Source: Psammoneis japonica
Lineage: Eukaryota
Assembly: GCA_008632985.1 (NCBI GenBank)
Contig: QPGO01000024.1
Span: 449,848-513,847 of the forward strand
Direction of reading: 5' to 3'
Length of the DNA stretch: 64,000 nt
The notes beneath the pieces are model-generated. The model did no database searches. It saw only the letters and a program-made list of their open reading frames with translations, and was not told the DNA's origin. Made by a program: the position numbers and the translations under genes. Positions 10,681 to 24,678 of this stretch are shown here, one piece after another. The number at the start of each line of letters is the position of its first letter. The first letter of the stretch is position 1.

Positions 10681-12877
10681 ATGTTATCATTGCTAGGCAC
10701 ATTTTATGCATGAGTTTTTGATTCACTATTTTATTTCAACGCTGCCGATTCCTACACTCCAACAGTATCAACAACCTTTGTTTTTAGCCGGGTTCGCAAG
10801 AGTTGCAGTAGTCGCAACAACAGCAGTAGTCACAAGAGTTGCAGCAGTGGTCGTAAGAGCTGAAGCAGCCGTCGTTCTTGCGTGCCCTATGGAACACGCT
10901 GTTAATGACTGAAGTCAGAAACAATGCCACAGAGATGAGCTCTAGGACAAAAGTAACGTTTGCAATGCAACAGAACCACGACCAGCTGCTCCAACACCGT
11001 AGACTCCCATGCTCCTGCACAACTGATCCAGTGCCACCTGCTCCCTGTGCCACCCAGCTGCAAAACTTTAACAATCCAAACCACCTTTGAGGGCAGGTGA
11101 ACCCTATCGCAACGGAGATTCGGGTCTGCGGCGATTGAAGGCACTCCCGTCCTTGGAAGTACCAGTCAACGCCTTACCGGGGAGCAACCCCTTGGCTCTC
11201 GTCAGCCGTCTCAATGTTCAGAGGTGGGGCCACATGAATATTATTGCAGAAAAAAATTACCGAGGCGCTGCTGCAGTCAGCAACCTCGGCAGTGGCCCGT
11301 GTTATTTAAAGACGAGGGCAACCTCGTCTGCCGCTTATACGCGGACTTTTCCAGCCAAAGTGGTAGATTGTAGATAAAAAAACGACACAAACCGCACCCA
11401 CAATCAATGTATGGCCATCAGTCTCTTCAAGTAGCGTGTCAATGGCACCTGAGGCAGCGCCGCAAGCAGCGATACTGCAAAAATCCTGAAACGCCACCCC
11501 GATGACTAGCAAACCCTCATTGACGACTGGAGAAGAGTCGACTGGAACCACAACGATTGCAGTGCGAAACATCAGCGTACGAGACGCCATTAATGCTCAA
11601 TACTTAAAGGAGGGCTCTTCAATCTGTCAAGAACGAACAGAAATTGCAACGCAAGAGTGAGAGACGAGTTCTAAAAATGGCAAAAGTACCAACGCATTTC
11701 TTATCCATTTTTCACGTTTTTCATACCTCTCTTTTCGTATATTCGTTTGTCAGAGAGAGCTTTAATGCGTGCTTTGTTGTCACGGCAGTATCACAAGTGA
11801 CGGCGACAATTTCAACTACCGGCTCTTGCAGCTGTCATGGTCGATTTTTTGTTTGGTGTCGGAGGGAAACTCCTGAATTGCGTAGATTTCTACGTAAAAT
11901 TCATACTAGAGATACTTCAACACTACAATGTCTCATCGGTGTCACCACGCCAAATTACTTCAACATGCGAGCACCCGGAGATCTGACACATCGGGTGGTG
12001 AAAAGGGAGAAAGAAGTGAGGATCGCTCTTCAAACCACTTCCGCAATTTAGATCAAGCTCGCTGCCCTCGCAACCCCTTCCTCTCTCCTTCCTTTCTCTC
12101 CTCTTCCTCCTTCTTTCTCCTCTCCCCTCCCCCCCTCTCGTGGAGTCACTAACCCCCCCAAAATCGGCACTGGATGGACGACTCATGGTGGCGTCGCCCA
12201 ACAATAACAGCAACAACAATTCTTGTCGTTGGGAGCCGTGGCGGAGGATGAAGACGGTGTGCTAGACGATATTCAAGCGGCATGTTGCGATGCCGACTAA
12301 CGACCTAATCGCGGATATACGTTTTGTGCATCTTGTGATTCATTTGCGTTTGATGATCCTCCCGGAATGGAAAGACTTGCTTAAACGTCGTGGTGTTCTT
12401 GTGGAAGATGATACAGTGACGGCGCCTCCTGAATACATTATCGTCCTCCAGAAGAAGTCGTAGAGCACCGCATTCAAGTAAATGAAGTGGACGGAGAGGA
12501 GTAGGAAGACGAAACTCACGAAAAAGCTAGACAACGAGAAGAAGAGATTCTTCATTAACGAAGACATGTTGCGTGCTGTTGTTTTGGAAGTGTAGGGGGA
12601 CTTGCCATCTGCCGGTGAGTATGATTGACTTGTGTGGTTCTGTTCTTTTTCTCTCAGCTGCACTGTGTTTCGTTTTATACCGTAGAGTAGTTATCAAGGC
12701 TCCCGAGAATTTTTTGTTTGTTTGCAAATTGAATCCAGTGACGGACGATGAGGACTCGGAACTGATCTTTTCACGCTTTGATCCTGAGGTCAAGGCTGAA
12801 ATTATTCGAGACACGAAACCGGCGCGTCTCTATTGCATCATGAAAACACAACATACGCATGATGCAACAATAAACAG

Positions 12878-13975
12878 CACTGGCGCATGTCACAATACCC
12901 ATGGCACTGCCAGAGGGTCAGAGGCGATTCAGATGAGGCACCGAGAGCCGCTTTTTGCTAAGTCTTCTCTCTCACGATCTCTTTAGACATTCGGTCGGTA
13001 TCTATGCTTCCTTTCGCTTCAACCTGCCCATTCCTCTATGCAGAGAAGTCGCAGCAACTTATCCTCTAAACCAGCTCGCATTCAATAAGGTCCGCCGAGA
13101 ACATTCTACTGCATCCACAATGAAGGAATCAGCCATTTGGTACCATACGTTGACAAAAGAATGAGAAATACGACTTTCATAAGTGCTCCTGCTGCGGCGC
13201 TTGGGCTTCTTGCAACTCACTTTACGCTCACTAACGAATCGTCATTCTCGTCTCACCTTGTCGAGCTACTTGGAAAACCTTTCAACGACGACAAGTCCCA
13301 TTACCTCCTCGACGATAACATCATCGTAGGCTCCCAGCTACATGGACTTTCAGTACGTGCCCGTTTTATGATAGCAGGCCGACGACTCGACTGCCAACAC
13401 GTCTCAACGCACCGGTACGCACGATGCAAGAATGAAACCTCAGTGGCGCGTGTCACGATACCCATGGCGCATGGCGCTCACAGAGGGCCAGAGGCGATTC
13501 AGATCAGGCATCAAGGAGCCGCTTTTCCCTAAGCATTCTCTCTCACGCTATCTTTGGACATCGTCGGTATCTATACTTCCTATTGCCTCAAACTGCCTAT
13601 TCCTCTACGCAGAGAAGTCGCCCCAACTTGCTTCTCCGGCATCCTCCAAACCTACTCGCATTCAACAAGGCTGAGAACATTCCACTGCATCCACACGGAA
13701 GGAATCGGTCATTTGGTACCATACGTTGACAAAAGAATGAGAATATGAGTTTCCTAACCGCTCCTGCTAAGGCGCTTGGGCTTCTTGCAACTCACTGTAC
13801 GCTCACTACCGAATCGTCACTCTCGTCTCACTTTGTCAAGCTACATGGAATCCTTTCAAAGACGACAGATCCCATTACCTCCTTGACGATAACATCATCC
13901 AAGGCTCCAAGCTACGCGGACTTTCAGTACGCGCCCTTTTTTGTTTCAGTCAGGCCGACTCGACTGCCAACATTG
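12878..13975 (+). repeat. Diverged ~565-bp tandem duplication with normal TpA content
   Basis: Colinear blocks tgtcac.atacccatggc, agaggcgattcagat, cagagaagtcgc, catttggtaccatacgttgacaaaagaatgagaa, ggcgcttgggcttcttgcaactcac, gactcgactgccaaca occur at about 12878-13400 and 13441-13975. Confidence 0.9.
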
Positions 13976-15899
13976 TAATTTTCAGCTGCAAGCGAAATGG
14001 TTTCAATCCTGTCACTTTAAACGTGCTGGACGCTTCTGGTTCATCGCTCGTATCAAAGCGAGGGACGCAGTCCAGTTGGGCTGCTTCATTTTGCCAAGGC
14101 CAAGGCGTTTTCGAGCATTGTCAACAAGTACCCGTTCGAGCCTTTCGCGTGAGTTCATATTTCATGCCTTTATTGTCTGTCCGCATTGACGCCCCTGGCT
14201 TCTCTGCTTGGTCTTGATTCTTTGGACTACTCACTACCTCATCATTCATTTCTAGTAGAGAAATATGACAAGCTGCACTAGATTAGAGCAGTCACAAGAC
14301 ACGCCTCAAGTATAAAATAGTCTACCTCCATCCCAGAGAGTGAATCATGCCGATGGGTGTCCTCAGAGGCAGCCTTCAAGTGGCTGTAAGTGACGGTTCC
14401 TTGTATCGCTGACTCGATAGGCGAAGACACACACCTAAAGAGTGCAGGCGTGTTTATCGGGGTTATCTAATGTAGGAGGGCCGGTGCACCATGGGGTGTA
14501 GTCGTTTAGTTTTGAACGACCTTCGCGAGGCTTCTAGAGATCACTTTGACTTTGGATGACTTCTACAAGTATCCCCAGTGCTGAATGACCTCACAACTTT
14601 GACTGTGCGGTTTCTGTCATCAGGATTCATCGTAGAAAACGGTTTGCTATCTATACTGACAAGCGTAGGAGTCAAGAGATGGTGCTGGAATGGCATTAGT
14701 GAGTATCGTTTGGCAAGAGTTCCGCTCTCATGCTCGCGGAGATCAATAAACTTTGGGATTGTTCAAGGCAATTGCATTCATTGTTCCGACTCAGTCAGAA
14801 ACGCGGCGATATTCGAGCGTGACAATTCTCCAGCAAAAGAAACAACAGGTATGAAAGGGAAAATCGGAAAAGTTGAGGAAGCACTATGAGAAAGACGACG
14901 AGTTTCAAGTTCAAGTTGTGCTCGAAAATCGAGCGCGAAAGAATTTCCGAGAGATTTTGTTTGTTTCGTGACCGTTGCTCTCATTGCCTTTGGCTATTGT
15001 TTGATTGACTCTCAAGATGCGGCTGCGAATGAAGCAAGGTCACTGGTATAGTTGGAGGGCTTTTTGTTGGCCACTCTTTGTCGGAAATGCGGCTAGCCAC
15101 CTCTTTACAGATGTAGTCAGAATGTTGTCGCATTGGACTGGATTGGGCAGCACCGGTGTTCAAGGTATCTGGACATGAGCAGTACCGGCCGCCGCTCTCG
15201 TAGCAACTCTATGAGTAGCCGAATAAGTGAAAGAGTTCCATCCTTCTTTGTTTGATGGAGCACCCCAACGAGCTGAATCTTTGAATCGCCCACCATCTCT
15301 TCCGAAAGCTTGTTGGCGCAGTCGACAAGAACTCAGTTGTGATGCCGGTAGCGGAAATAGCTCTGGTTTGGCGTTGAGCAACGACGACATCCATTGGAAC
15401 TAGAATCGGCGTGGACAGACATTGCGTGACTCCATTAGACTATTTTCAGTTTGGTGTATCGCGAGCGTTGACTGCTGTCTCATGACACTTTCTCTAGATT
15501 TGTTTTCTCTAACGCCTTCATTCTCGAGCAAAACCTAGAACGCTCGCGAATTTCGAACATTTCGTTTCTGTATGCTAGTGGGCTAGAGAGTATCGTAGCG
15601 ACCTAATTCATAATTGAATTGGATCGAATAATCCCCAGGCAAGCGAGCGATCAGCGTCGCAAGAGTCCAGCACATGTCAATGACAAGCCTTGGGGCATCC
15701 CGCAATGAACACCCCAGCGTGGACCCCATCTGAAAGAAAGAGGAGAGTGGTGTAGCACTGAAGCAGAAACAACGACAGCACAGCATGCAATGACATCGCA
15801 ATCGCTACGACCGTCTTCGCAGTCCATTGACGTACGTACGGAATAACTTGCACGCAAATGAGGATTGCTGTCTGGTGCTGTTAGTCTTTCTACTTCTAT

Positions 15900-17900
15900 T
15901 GTAAAGTTTCAAAGTGTGTTTCACACATTTGAAACACGCCAACATGAAAATTGAGACACAAATCGGTCGCGCAGGGTAATTTTGCCTCAAGAGCGCCATC
16001 AAAAGATGGCGCTCAAGCTTTTTCGTATCTTCAGAGTGAAATGTCACCCCAAAAAAAGAAAAAGGGGGGACGCAATGCGGAGACAACAAGAAAACTTGCA
16101 AGTCAACCGCTTGCCAAGCCATTTCACTCCCTGCGAGTGAAGGCTTGCCGTGTCACCGTGTCGCCGGCACGGCGAAACCCCGATTCAGCGTTCCATCAAT
16201 GGCATGATCTGCTCGGCAAGCTCTTGCTGCTTTGCAGACAAACACTTGCTGTCTCTTTCAACAGCCGTGGTCTTGACTGACCAAGTGAACGGGCAACTTC
16301 CTGCGCTCAAAGGCACGAGAGTGACATGGACTCAAGGCTGGAGAGACGCACTTGATTTGCCCGACCTCTGGACTTAACTGGCAACACCCAAGCTGCCATT
16401 TGAGACAACACTTCGTGCAAGCAAAACATGTTGTGGAACACCAAACAAGAGAAAGCCATCAGAACCAGAGGAAGGGCGAGCCATCCTTGGGTGTCGCTGC
16501 ATTCCGGCTTGGCGAACAACAAACACATCATGCCGCAAACGATGCGTTGTGATCGAAAGCGTGAGAGATTTTGTTTGTGTTGTGACCGTTGCTAAATGTC
16601 TCATTCACTGTCACTTTTGTGCACCACAGCAGAGACAATGCCATCACTTCACATGCAGAAATGTGTTTTGAACTTGGCACTGACAAAATCATTGCTGATT
16701 CCTACGCAGACCATGCGGTTGCCACACAAAGCGCCAAAAAAACTGCCGCCGATGATGTCTGCGCCGTTGTCGAGGTCCGTCTGAGCACCATCAGAATTTC
16801 AAATTACTTCTCTACTGTGGCATGTGACGATGATGGCGCCATGCGCACATGGCATGACGATGACATTGGATGTGTTGTCGCAAAGCTCTGGATTGCATCA
16901 TCACAGCAGGAGACCACGGGAAAACAGGGCATCCGCCCAGATGGTGCGCAATTTTGCCTTGTTTTCCATTGAACAGTGTGCAACATAGAAGAGAAGGATG
17001 CACACATTCAGCGGTCGGCTGTCGCAAAAATTTGCGCGCGCTTTTGCTTGGACGTCTGACGTGCCAGCAGTTCTTTTCACCGGATCGCCAAAATGCGTGC
17101 CGTTCGAGCAGTTTTTTTTTACCGGATGGTAAAAAAAATGGCACTTCTTTTTTACCGTGCGGCAACGGAGACGTCAAACTTTTGCTGTTGAGGCAAATCA
17201 AAACCCTCTCGGTTTCAGCATGAGAACCGATGGACGTTTTCCATGCTGACGTTTGTCTTTGAGCTTTCCACATCCTCCGCCAAGCATCCAATCATCGCAC
17301 GAAGCCCCAAGGGAAGAAAGAAGGACTCAGCATGGGCCATGGTGGTTTTTTATGGCATCAGAGAGCGATCGCTGATGCTGTGTGCGAACAGCATTTTTAC
17401 CGGACGACGCAAAGTTGAGCCGTTCAAGCTGTTTTTTTTTGCCGCACGACTCAACATCAAGCCGTTCTTGCCAATGTTGTTTGGCGAAATCGCCAACACA
17501 AACTTTTTTAGCAATTGTCATCATTGCCCAAATACAAATTCCACATGGGCCCTTTGAAATGCATTTGACAACTTCTTTTCACAAATGTCCGAAGAACAAC
17601 AGCCATTCAATTTTCCCGTGCTCTCTGGTCGACAGGATGCATTGGCGTGTTGTTTGCATCCATTGTCAACTGATGTTCCCCATGAGCCAGCCGGGGCAGG
17701 GCTAGTTGGTCGCGCACATTTGGGTTCGATGCAGCCGTGCAACTGGCCATGCCCTGCAGGAAGAGCTGTTGGTGGCGCGCGAGCAGAAGCAACAAAGCAA
17801 AGAACACGGCGTGGGTCAAAACGTTGTAAAATGACACAACAACAAGCAGCGAGAAGAAACCCAACTTGACCCATGAATGCTGCGCATACATGTTGTCCAA
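15900..17900. other. Partially eroded domain B (TpA low, CpG largely retained)
   Basis: Few TpA in 16100-17800 while CpG remains frequent; no recognisable intact ORF. Confidence 0.6.
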
Positions 17901-18499
17901 CCACTTCAATAGTGTCTCGTATTCCCAGCTTGTAGATGAGGGGACGGCGTTCGCGTTTCTCGCCATGGTGTTGTTGTGCGTTATCGTGTTGTTTGCGCGC
18001 GAAGAACACGGGATCTATTTATCCGATAGTGAATCTGTTTTGGCAATAGTAGATGTTTTACTATATAGAATCTGAAGACATTTTCAGAAGCGCTTCGCAA
18101 CGACCCTGTTCGGACCGTTAAATAGAAATTTTTTTTATCCAGATTCCACAGTTCTTTCGGGGTGTTCTGTAAGATTTTTTAATTGCTGTATGTATCTATT
18201 AAAAGCATGACATAATTTTATAATATGTAAAAGCTTCAGAGACCCACATAAATTTATCTTTCATGTAGACCACGTAGGTTGTGTACCGGCGGAAAATCCA
18301 CCGCATGTCAACTCACTCAGTAGTAATTCTACGTATATTCTACTTACACCTCACACACGTACGCACGCCTACACAGTCTAATAACCGCGCACAAGTGCGC
18401 GAGACGAAGAAAACATGAAAAACGTAATCTTTTCCGTGGTACGTTGAGCAAGTGTTGAGCTTCTCAGAAAAAAGCATTTGATTACAGCAACGTATGCTT

Positions 18500-21400
18500 T
18501 GCTCTGGCGCATCCTTCTGATCCTGTGCTACTTTTACCTGTTTTTTAGTTGGCTTGCAATGTGGTTTGTGCTGATGTCTGGAGAAGGCAAATGCTCTAGC
18601 TTGTTGGGTCTCTGGTGCTTTGCCACTCAGTTGTTGTTGTCAGTTCGCGCCTTGTGATTCACATTGTCAACAGTGCAACACTGCATTTCACATGGATGCA
18701 ACTTACACGACCATGCTGCCGATTTGTGGAGTGTCGGGGTTCCCATCTACGACATGATTGTTGGACACACTAATTTCGTGATCGTTTGTCTGAACGCTTG
18801 TTGCTCTTGCATTCGCTGGTTCTTGTCGCTTGTCGCTGGCCCACAGTGCCGTGGTCACACATGCCGACAAATGACACTCCCAAGGCCTTCTCCTACGAAA
18901 GTCCAACTCTCTGTCAAGCACTGCGACTTTGTTGCCATTGGAGCGTTCTGAGTGCCGTGACATCAATGCCCTGGATTGTGGACTTGTGCAGACACATGAG
19001 TGGAGGAACTCTCCACGGAGGAAACATGCTTGGCCAAGGAGCCAGATGGGATTATGCTGCGTGGTGTCCTTGTCTGATGATTGCAACAAAAAAAGGCCTG
19101 CAAGCACTTGAAAACATGTGGCACTTTGACATCAAGAGGTCATGCATTCGTCCAGGTTTCAAGTGCTCCAGTTGTCATGCTGCATCGTTTCTCTTGGCGA
19201 TGTCCTCTGCGAAATTCAAAATGCCGGAGCTGACTGCTCCCGTCGCTGACATCCCATGCCTCTTTAAGCTGCAACTGGACTAGGGCCATGCCACATGTTG
19301 CTTCCGATGATGTCTGCCTCAGAATGGAGCTCCAGATTCCACTCCTGGCCAGGCAGATTCAAGCTCCTCACCCCTCACTCTACCCCGAGCCCAGCGCTTC
19401 TGCTCACAGGGTTCGGAGACCTGTGGTTGGATAGATGCCGTGTGGCTCCGCGGATGCATTGTTGTTGCTGCAGCTGGGGAACAATCTGTCCTTCTTGGAA
19501 AGAATGCATTTGAATTGAAAGGGCAAAGAAACAGGTTTTGTGCTGTGGCTGTGGTGGTGCAGGTGGAAGCAGCGGCAGGAACCAAGTGCTCTTTACCTTA
19601 GATTCGCGCAACTGTTTGCTGTTCTGACTTAATCGACAACATTTGCATGGTCATGACAGGAGTCAATTGAAGCCGTGAAGTTGGACGATGCTGAAATCCA
19701 TGTGTGCCACTGGCCCACACTCCTTCTCTGCCACCCTCCCACCCTCTGACACACCCTGCACTCTCCTCTTACAGCCCATTTGGTTTGCTGCATGTTGATG
19801 AGTCTGTGGCTCCCAGATCACACTGGAGAGGAGGCTGTGTTTGCACATTTTTGCAGATCTTTGCCAAAATCTTCAACTTCACATCACTTGCAGTGTTGTG
19901 CTTCATGCTTGGGGCATCATTGAAGATGTCATCTGGAATGGCATCTGAAACCTTTGAGAACCACTTGTCAGCATTGACAAAGATCCAGCATTGAGATGTC
20001 TCATTGCTCTCCTCAGCATGCTCCCTGATGAGATTCATCTCACGAACTGCTTTCAGTGGCTCTGATTGAAGTCTGTGCTTGGCACATTCTCTGTCAATCT
20101 CACCCTCAAATTGCTCACACTCATGTTTCTTCAGGATCTTGAGCTTGGAGATGTGCTCCAGCCCAGGTGAGACTTCATGTCATGGGTGCACAGAATTTTG
20201 CATGCAAGCTCAACAGCACCAGAGCCCAACTGGCAGATGTTTTGTCTTCAACATCAAACAAACAACAGAGTGTTTGTGGTGCATTTGTTGCACCTCTTGC
20301 AACTCAACGTTTTTGAAGATTCTCCTGCCCTGTGCCGTTTGCAAGACATGTGAGAATGGCGCCACAAAATGTCAAAAGTTGTTGGGTGGACAGCCCAACA
20401 AGTGCACTGCAAAATGACAAAATTGTGCCAAATCCATGCAGAAATGATGTGCGTGCATGACACACGATGGATGAAAAAACTTTTGTCACAGCTGTGGTGC
20501 ACCCAAAGGTGAAGCTCAACTTCTTGTTGCAGCCATGCATTTTGTGATCAAGAAGCTCTTGTTCTAGATGCGCGACACTTGCTTTGAGACCAAGAGGTTA
20601 GAAAAAGCAGTGTCCTGACAGTTGAGGTGAGATGTCTTTGCCATGCTTGAGCTTTTGTGCACAATTTGGCACCCTTTCCTTGCCCCAATGTGCTGCAACA
20701 TTGCTGGCCTTTGACTCTGCCTTTTTCCCCTGTGCTTTGAGATTTTGACCACAGGGATTTCCTGGTTTCTTGTTGGCATTTCAAAAACTTGGTTGGTCCA
20801 AGCTCAGCCACAGTGGTCAACAATTGAGTTTCCAGGTGAAGCATGGTGCACTCAAGCTAAGGCATCTTCTTGACACCACAAAAATGCCCACACTTGTGCC
20901 ACTTTGGCAAGCTCTTTTTGTTGTCCCCTTTGTCAGATCTTCTGAGCATCATTTGCTCTCTGCACTCCATTGCCTTCCTTGTTGTCATGACACTCTCTTG
21001 TGAAACCATTGCTTGCAATTGCGCATGCATGTGCTGCTGTCTTGCCTTTTCCAGTGGATGCCACAAGAGCACCCAGCTTTGCCAATCTCTCACTTGTTGT
21101 TGTGCTGTGTGGAGGAATGATTTCCTTTAGAAATCACTGCAAAACACTTGGGGGAGTTTGGATTTGTTGAGTCACAAACAATGAGGACCCTGCCAGCAAT
21201 CTTGTCAATGGCCTTGCTGTGGAACACTGCCAGCAGGCACAGCAAGACAGACCTCAAAAAGCTGTTGTGCTGTGGAGCTTCCTTCTGGAGAAAGAAATGA
21301 GCAGAACTTGGCAAGACAGCTTGGATGAAAGAGTGTGGGCAACTGGCTTTCTTGTCAAAAAGCATGCAACAACTTGGCCGGTTGGTTGCTTGGTGCAGAC

Positions 21401-23640
21401 AGCTTTTTTGATTTTCTGCTCTGTTGCGAAGCAATGTGCACTGCATTTCTTGACATGCGATGTCATTTTCTTGACAAACCAACCATTCATTCAATCTTTG
21501 CTTGAAGTGCAGTGTCTTGCATCACTGCAATGTGATCCTAAACACCTTGAACTTGGCCGCTGTTTTCCATGTTCCTGTTGTGTCTTTGAGGTCCTGGATC
21601 TTGAGAGAAATGGCACACAAGGCAATGTTGTGACATCAGATGCCCTGGCACACCAACCACAGAATCAGGTCCTTGGCACTATTTCATGTGTGGGTTGACC
21701 TGTTTTTGTGTGAGTCCTGCAAGGAAAATGTGTCAGCAACAATCCATTCTGACAAAGCAAGCAACAGAAAGTTGGAGGAAAGGGTGCTCTCTTTTGCTTT
21801 TGTCATTGTCACTTTCCTGACACCTTCTGCCACTGCTTTTAAAACTCAAAATGCTTCACAGGAAACAAGCAAGATAGCCAACTGTCCACCAGTGTGCAAT
21901 GAGCAGCTCTTGCATTGCCCCGAGCAAGTCACCCAGCATCTTGAGTTTAAACAGCAAGTTTCCTGGCATTTCAGTGGCTGCCACAGGCATCTTTGTCCAT
22001 GCTGCATCTGCTGGCTGCCTCCACTTCAACTTCAGTTCTTTGCAAAAATGTGCAGGCTGTGCGAAGGAGTTGAGCTGCACTTTAATTGTCTGAACCACTG
22101 CTGCCAATGTGGTTTGCACTGGAAGCTGAAAGGCAGACTAGATGCCATGAATGCTGAATGAATCGGATGTCACTGGCTTGCAAAACATGCCTGCTGTGGT
22201 CAAAGCTTTGCCAGTGGACACTCAGAAGCACTTTGCCCCCACAGTTGCATGTTTGTCCCTTGAACTTTTGATTTTAATTGCCAAGGCATCACAGGCTCTG
22301 CTTTGCACCAGTGGTGATGTCTTTGCTGTGCTCTTCGTTCTGTTGCAGGTGAGGTTGGCAGAAAATTGCATCAAAGAGCCATGTTGGAGTGTCACAATTT
22401 TGTCTGCTTTGCTCCAGATTCTGAGCATTCTCACTTCTTGCATGTTTTGTCCACTGTCAGACTGCACAAATGAACAACCGGTCTTTGACACTGTGTTTCC
22501 AAAGATGACAAGCTGTGTGATGGCAAGTTCCACCACCCAGTTGTCCAGCATGGAATGCCCTGGACTTGACTTTGCAACAACTGTGAAGTGCCCTGGGCTT
22601 GACTTTGCAATGAAGAGCTGGTTGAAGGAGAAGCATTTTCCACAGTCTTTTTGTCTACAATGCACTTCCAGTTCAAGCATGAAAGTGCACCTTGAAAGTC
22701 AAATCAGAATCTCTTGGTTGATTCTTGACATCCGCAGATGCACAACTCAATGTGAGTGTGGCAAAAAGCTGCTTGGTGCATGGTGTCAGCAAATTTTTCC
22801 TTGTTTGCAAAGCTTCTTCATTGTGCTCACCACTGCTCTTTCTTGTTTGCAGCACCCAAGGTCTCCTTTCTTGGTGCAGCAACAGCTGGAGCTTGTTTTT
22901 GCGAAGCACCCATTTGTTGGAGGAAGCACCTGTGGTGCAAGGATCGGTCTGTCACTCTTGCTGCTGGAAAGAATGCAACAACATCTGAAGGAAATGGAAG
23001 TGATGGGTGTGCAACCTTCCAACAGGCTGGTGACATGAAAATGCACCATTGAAGCTTGTTGGCAATTTTTCCTTGGGTTCTTTTGGGTCGGGTGTTGTTG
23101 TCCTTTGCTTCTTCTGACTAGAAAGAGCTGTTGTCCCATGCATGCAAACAAGTCAGGTGATCTGTTGGAACAGCAAAATTGTCTTGTTCTGAAACGCAGT
23201 AAAGTGGCACATTCCTTTTTTGCGTTGGACTGACAGCGATGTGCAGGCTGTTGAAACCCAACGTGAATCCAGGCACAAGAGTGGGCTTGTTGCTGCTGAA
23301 CATCAAATGCCTTGACATGCCAGAAATCACATTATTCACATTGTATTTGAAAGAAAATGCACCCAGACGAAGCGGACCCAATCTTTGTCAGGGAACCCAT
23401 CAGTTGTGTGTCTTGGTGTCGTTCGACGCATTGATGAAGGCCTCGAATGCTTCGAGACGCGCTGAGTTCATTTTGCCATCAATTCGTCAAAGCAGCCCAA
23501 TCAAAAGAATGATCAATGTGTTTTTGGTCTGTGTCTTTGTTCGATCGGGCTGCTGATGCTGTCTTGTCAAGAAATGCCCTGCAACGACAACTGTCATTGT
23601 CTGTGGCAAATCGATGCCGTGATGAAAGTGCGGCATGGTG
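18500..23640 (-). pseudogene. TpA-eroded domain C, probably a decayed long minus-strand gene or TE of unrecognised family
   Basis: TpA/CpG depletion strongest centrally. Protein-like minus-strand fragments (e.g. 19769-20038, 22222-22680, 23118-23381); no family motif recognised. Confidence 0.5.
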
Positions 23641-24678
23641 CGTTTTTTTTGGAAGGTCGACAGACCCCAAGTCGAACTACTCTCTACTCCACTAGCCAGA
23701 GTAGCTAGAGTGGTAGTAGCCCGCCTCTACCGGTGGCTAGAGAGAGAGAGCCACTCCCGGCTTGGGAGGTCAGAGAGAGCTACCGGCACTAGTGGACAGC
23801 CAAGGGGCCACAGAGTCGAGAGCGAGTTGTTCATAGCTAGAGACTACTCTAGAGTTGGTGCCGCAGGGAAAGTCTAAAAGATGTGTCAAAAGTTATCACC
23901 CTCTTTTCAGACCAGAAAGAACCCACCTTGCATCAAAACGAAAACCAGACAGTGCTGCTTAGCCCTGCATAGAAGCTCCGAAGCTCGCCACTCTCTCTCT
24001 CTCTAGAGCTACTATATTCTATATTGTACCTCTACTGAGTAGAGTACCCTACTATCGGTATCTACCAGAACATATGGGTAGCTAGGCCCACCCTTGACAA
24101 ACTTTGAAGCTGCAAAATGTGATGGGATCAAACCGCATGAAGAATCTGGCAACTTCTGAATCAAACCTGTCCTTCCCCCAAAATCTCGCCATTCACTCAA
24201 ATTTCTAGTTGACGTGCACACAAAGCATGGCTTGCTGTGTACTGTAGTGATGTAAGCCAGAGGAAAGCAGTGGCGCCAACACAGTCGGATACGTGTCATT
24301 GAAGCCCTATCTTCTTGATGTATTGGGAAGTTCCCGGCACTCTTGGATGAATGCAAGATGCAAGCCAACACTCTCAGACCGCGCGTTTGCGTGGCCAGTT
24401 TCTCGCAAGAAAGATTGTTTGCAGGAAAAAGCTAAAGGCAAGCCATTTCGGTTGTAACAAAAGTTCTTACATAGTGAGGTGTTATCAAGGACCAGGCAAA
24501 AGTACGGTGGCAGATTAGGCAATAAAAAAGTTCGATGGGTAGGTGTGTCAAAAAGTGATCCGTCGTGTGGGTTGCATTGTATGTACACGATCTTCATCAG
24601 CTGTTTGTTCTTCCAAATTGACACATGGGGTATATCATAGGTCTCTGTTGATATCTGTTTTACATCATGTCAGTCGCT

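Noticed and set aside
10784..11590. Minus-strand small gene with a Cys-rich tail (CCNSCDYCCCC)
   Set aside because: No consistent splice model or recognisable domain; the Cys run mirrors a low-complexity plus-strand stretch.
17690..17740. tRNA-like A-box/B-box (tagttggt ... gggttcgat)
   Set aside because: Spacing too short for an anticodon arm, and no convincing cloverleaf.
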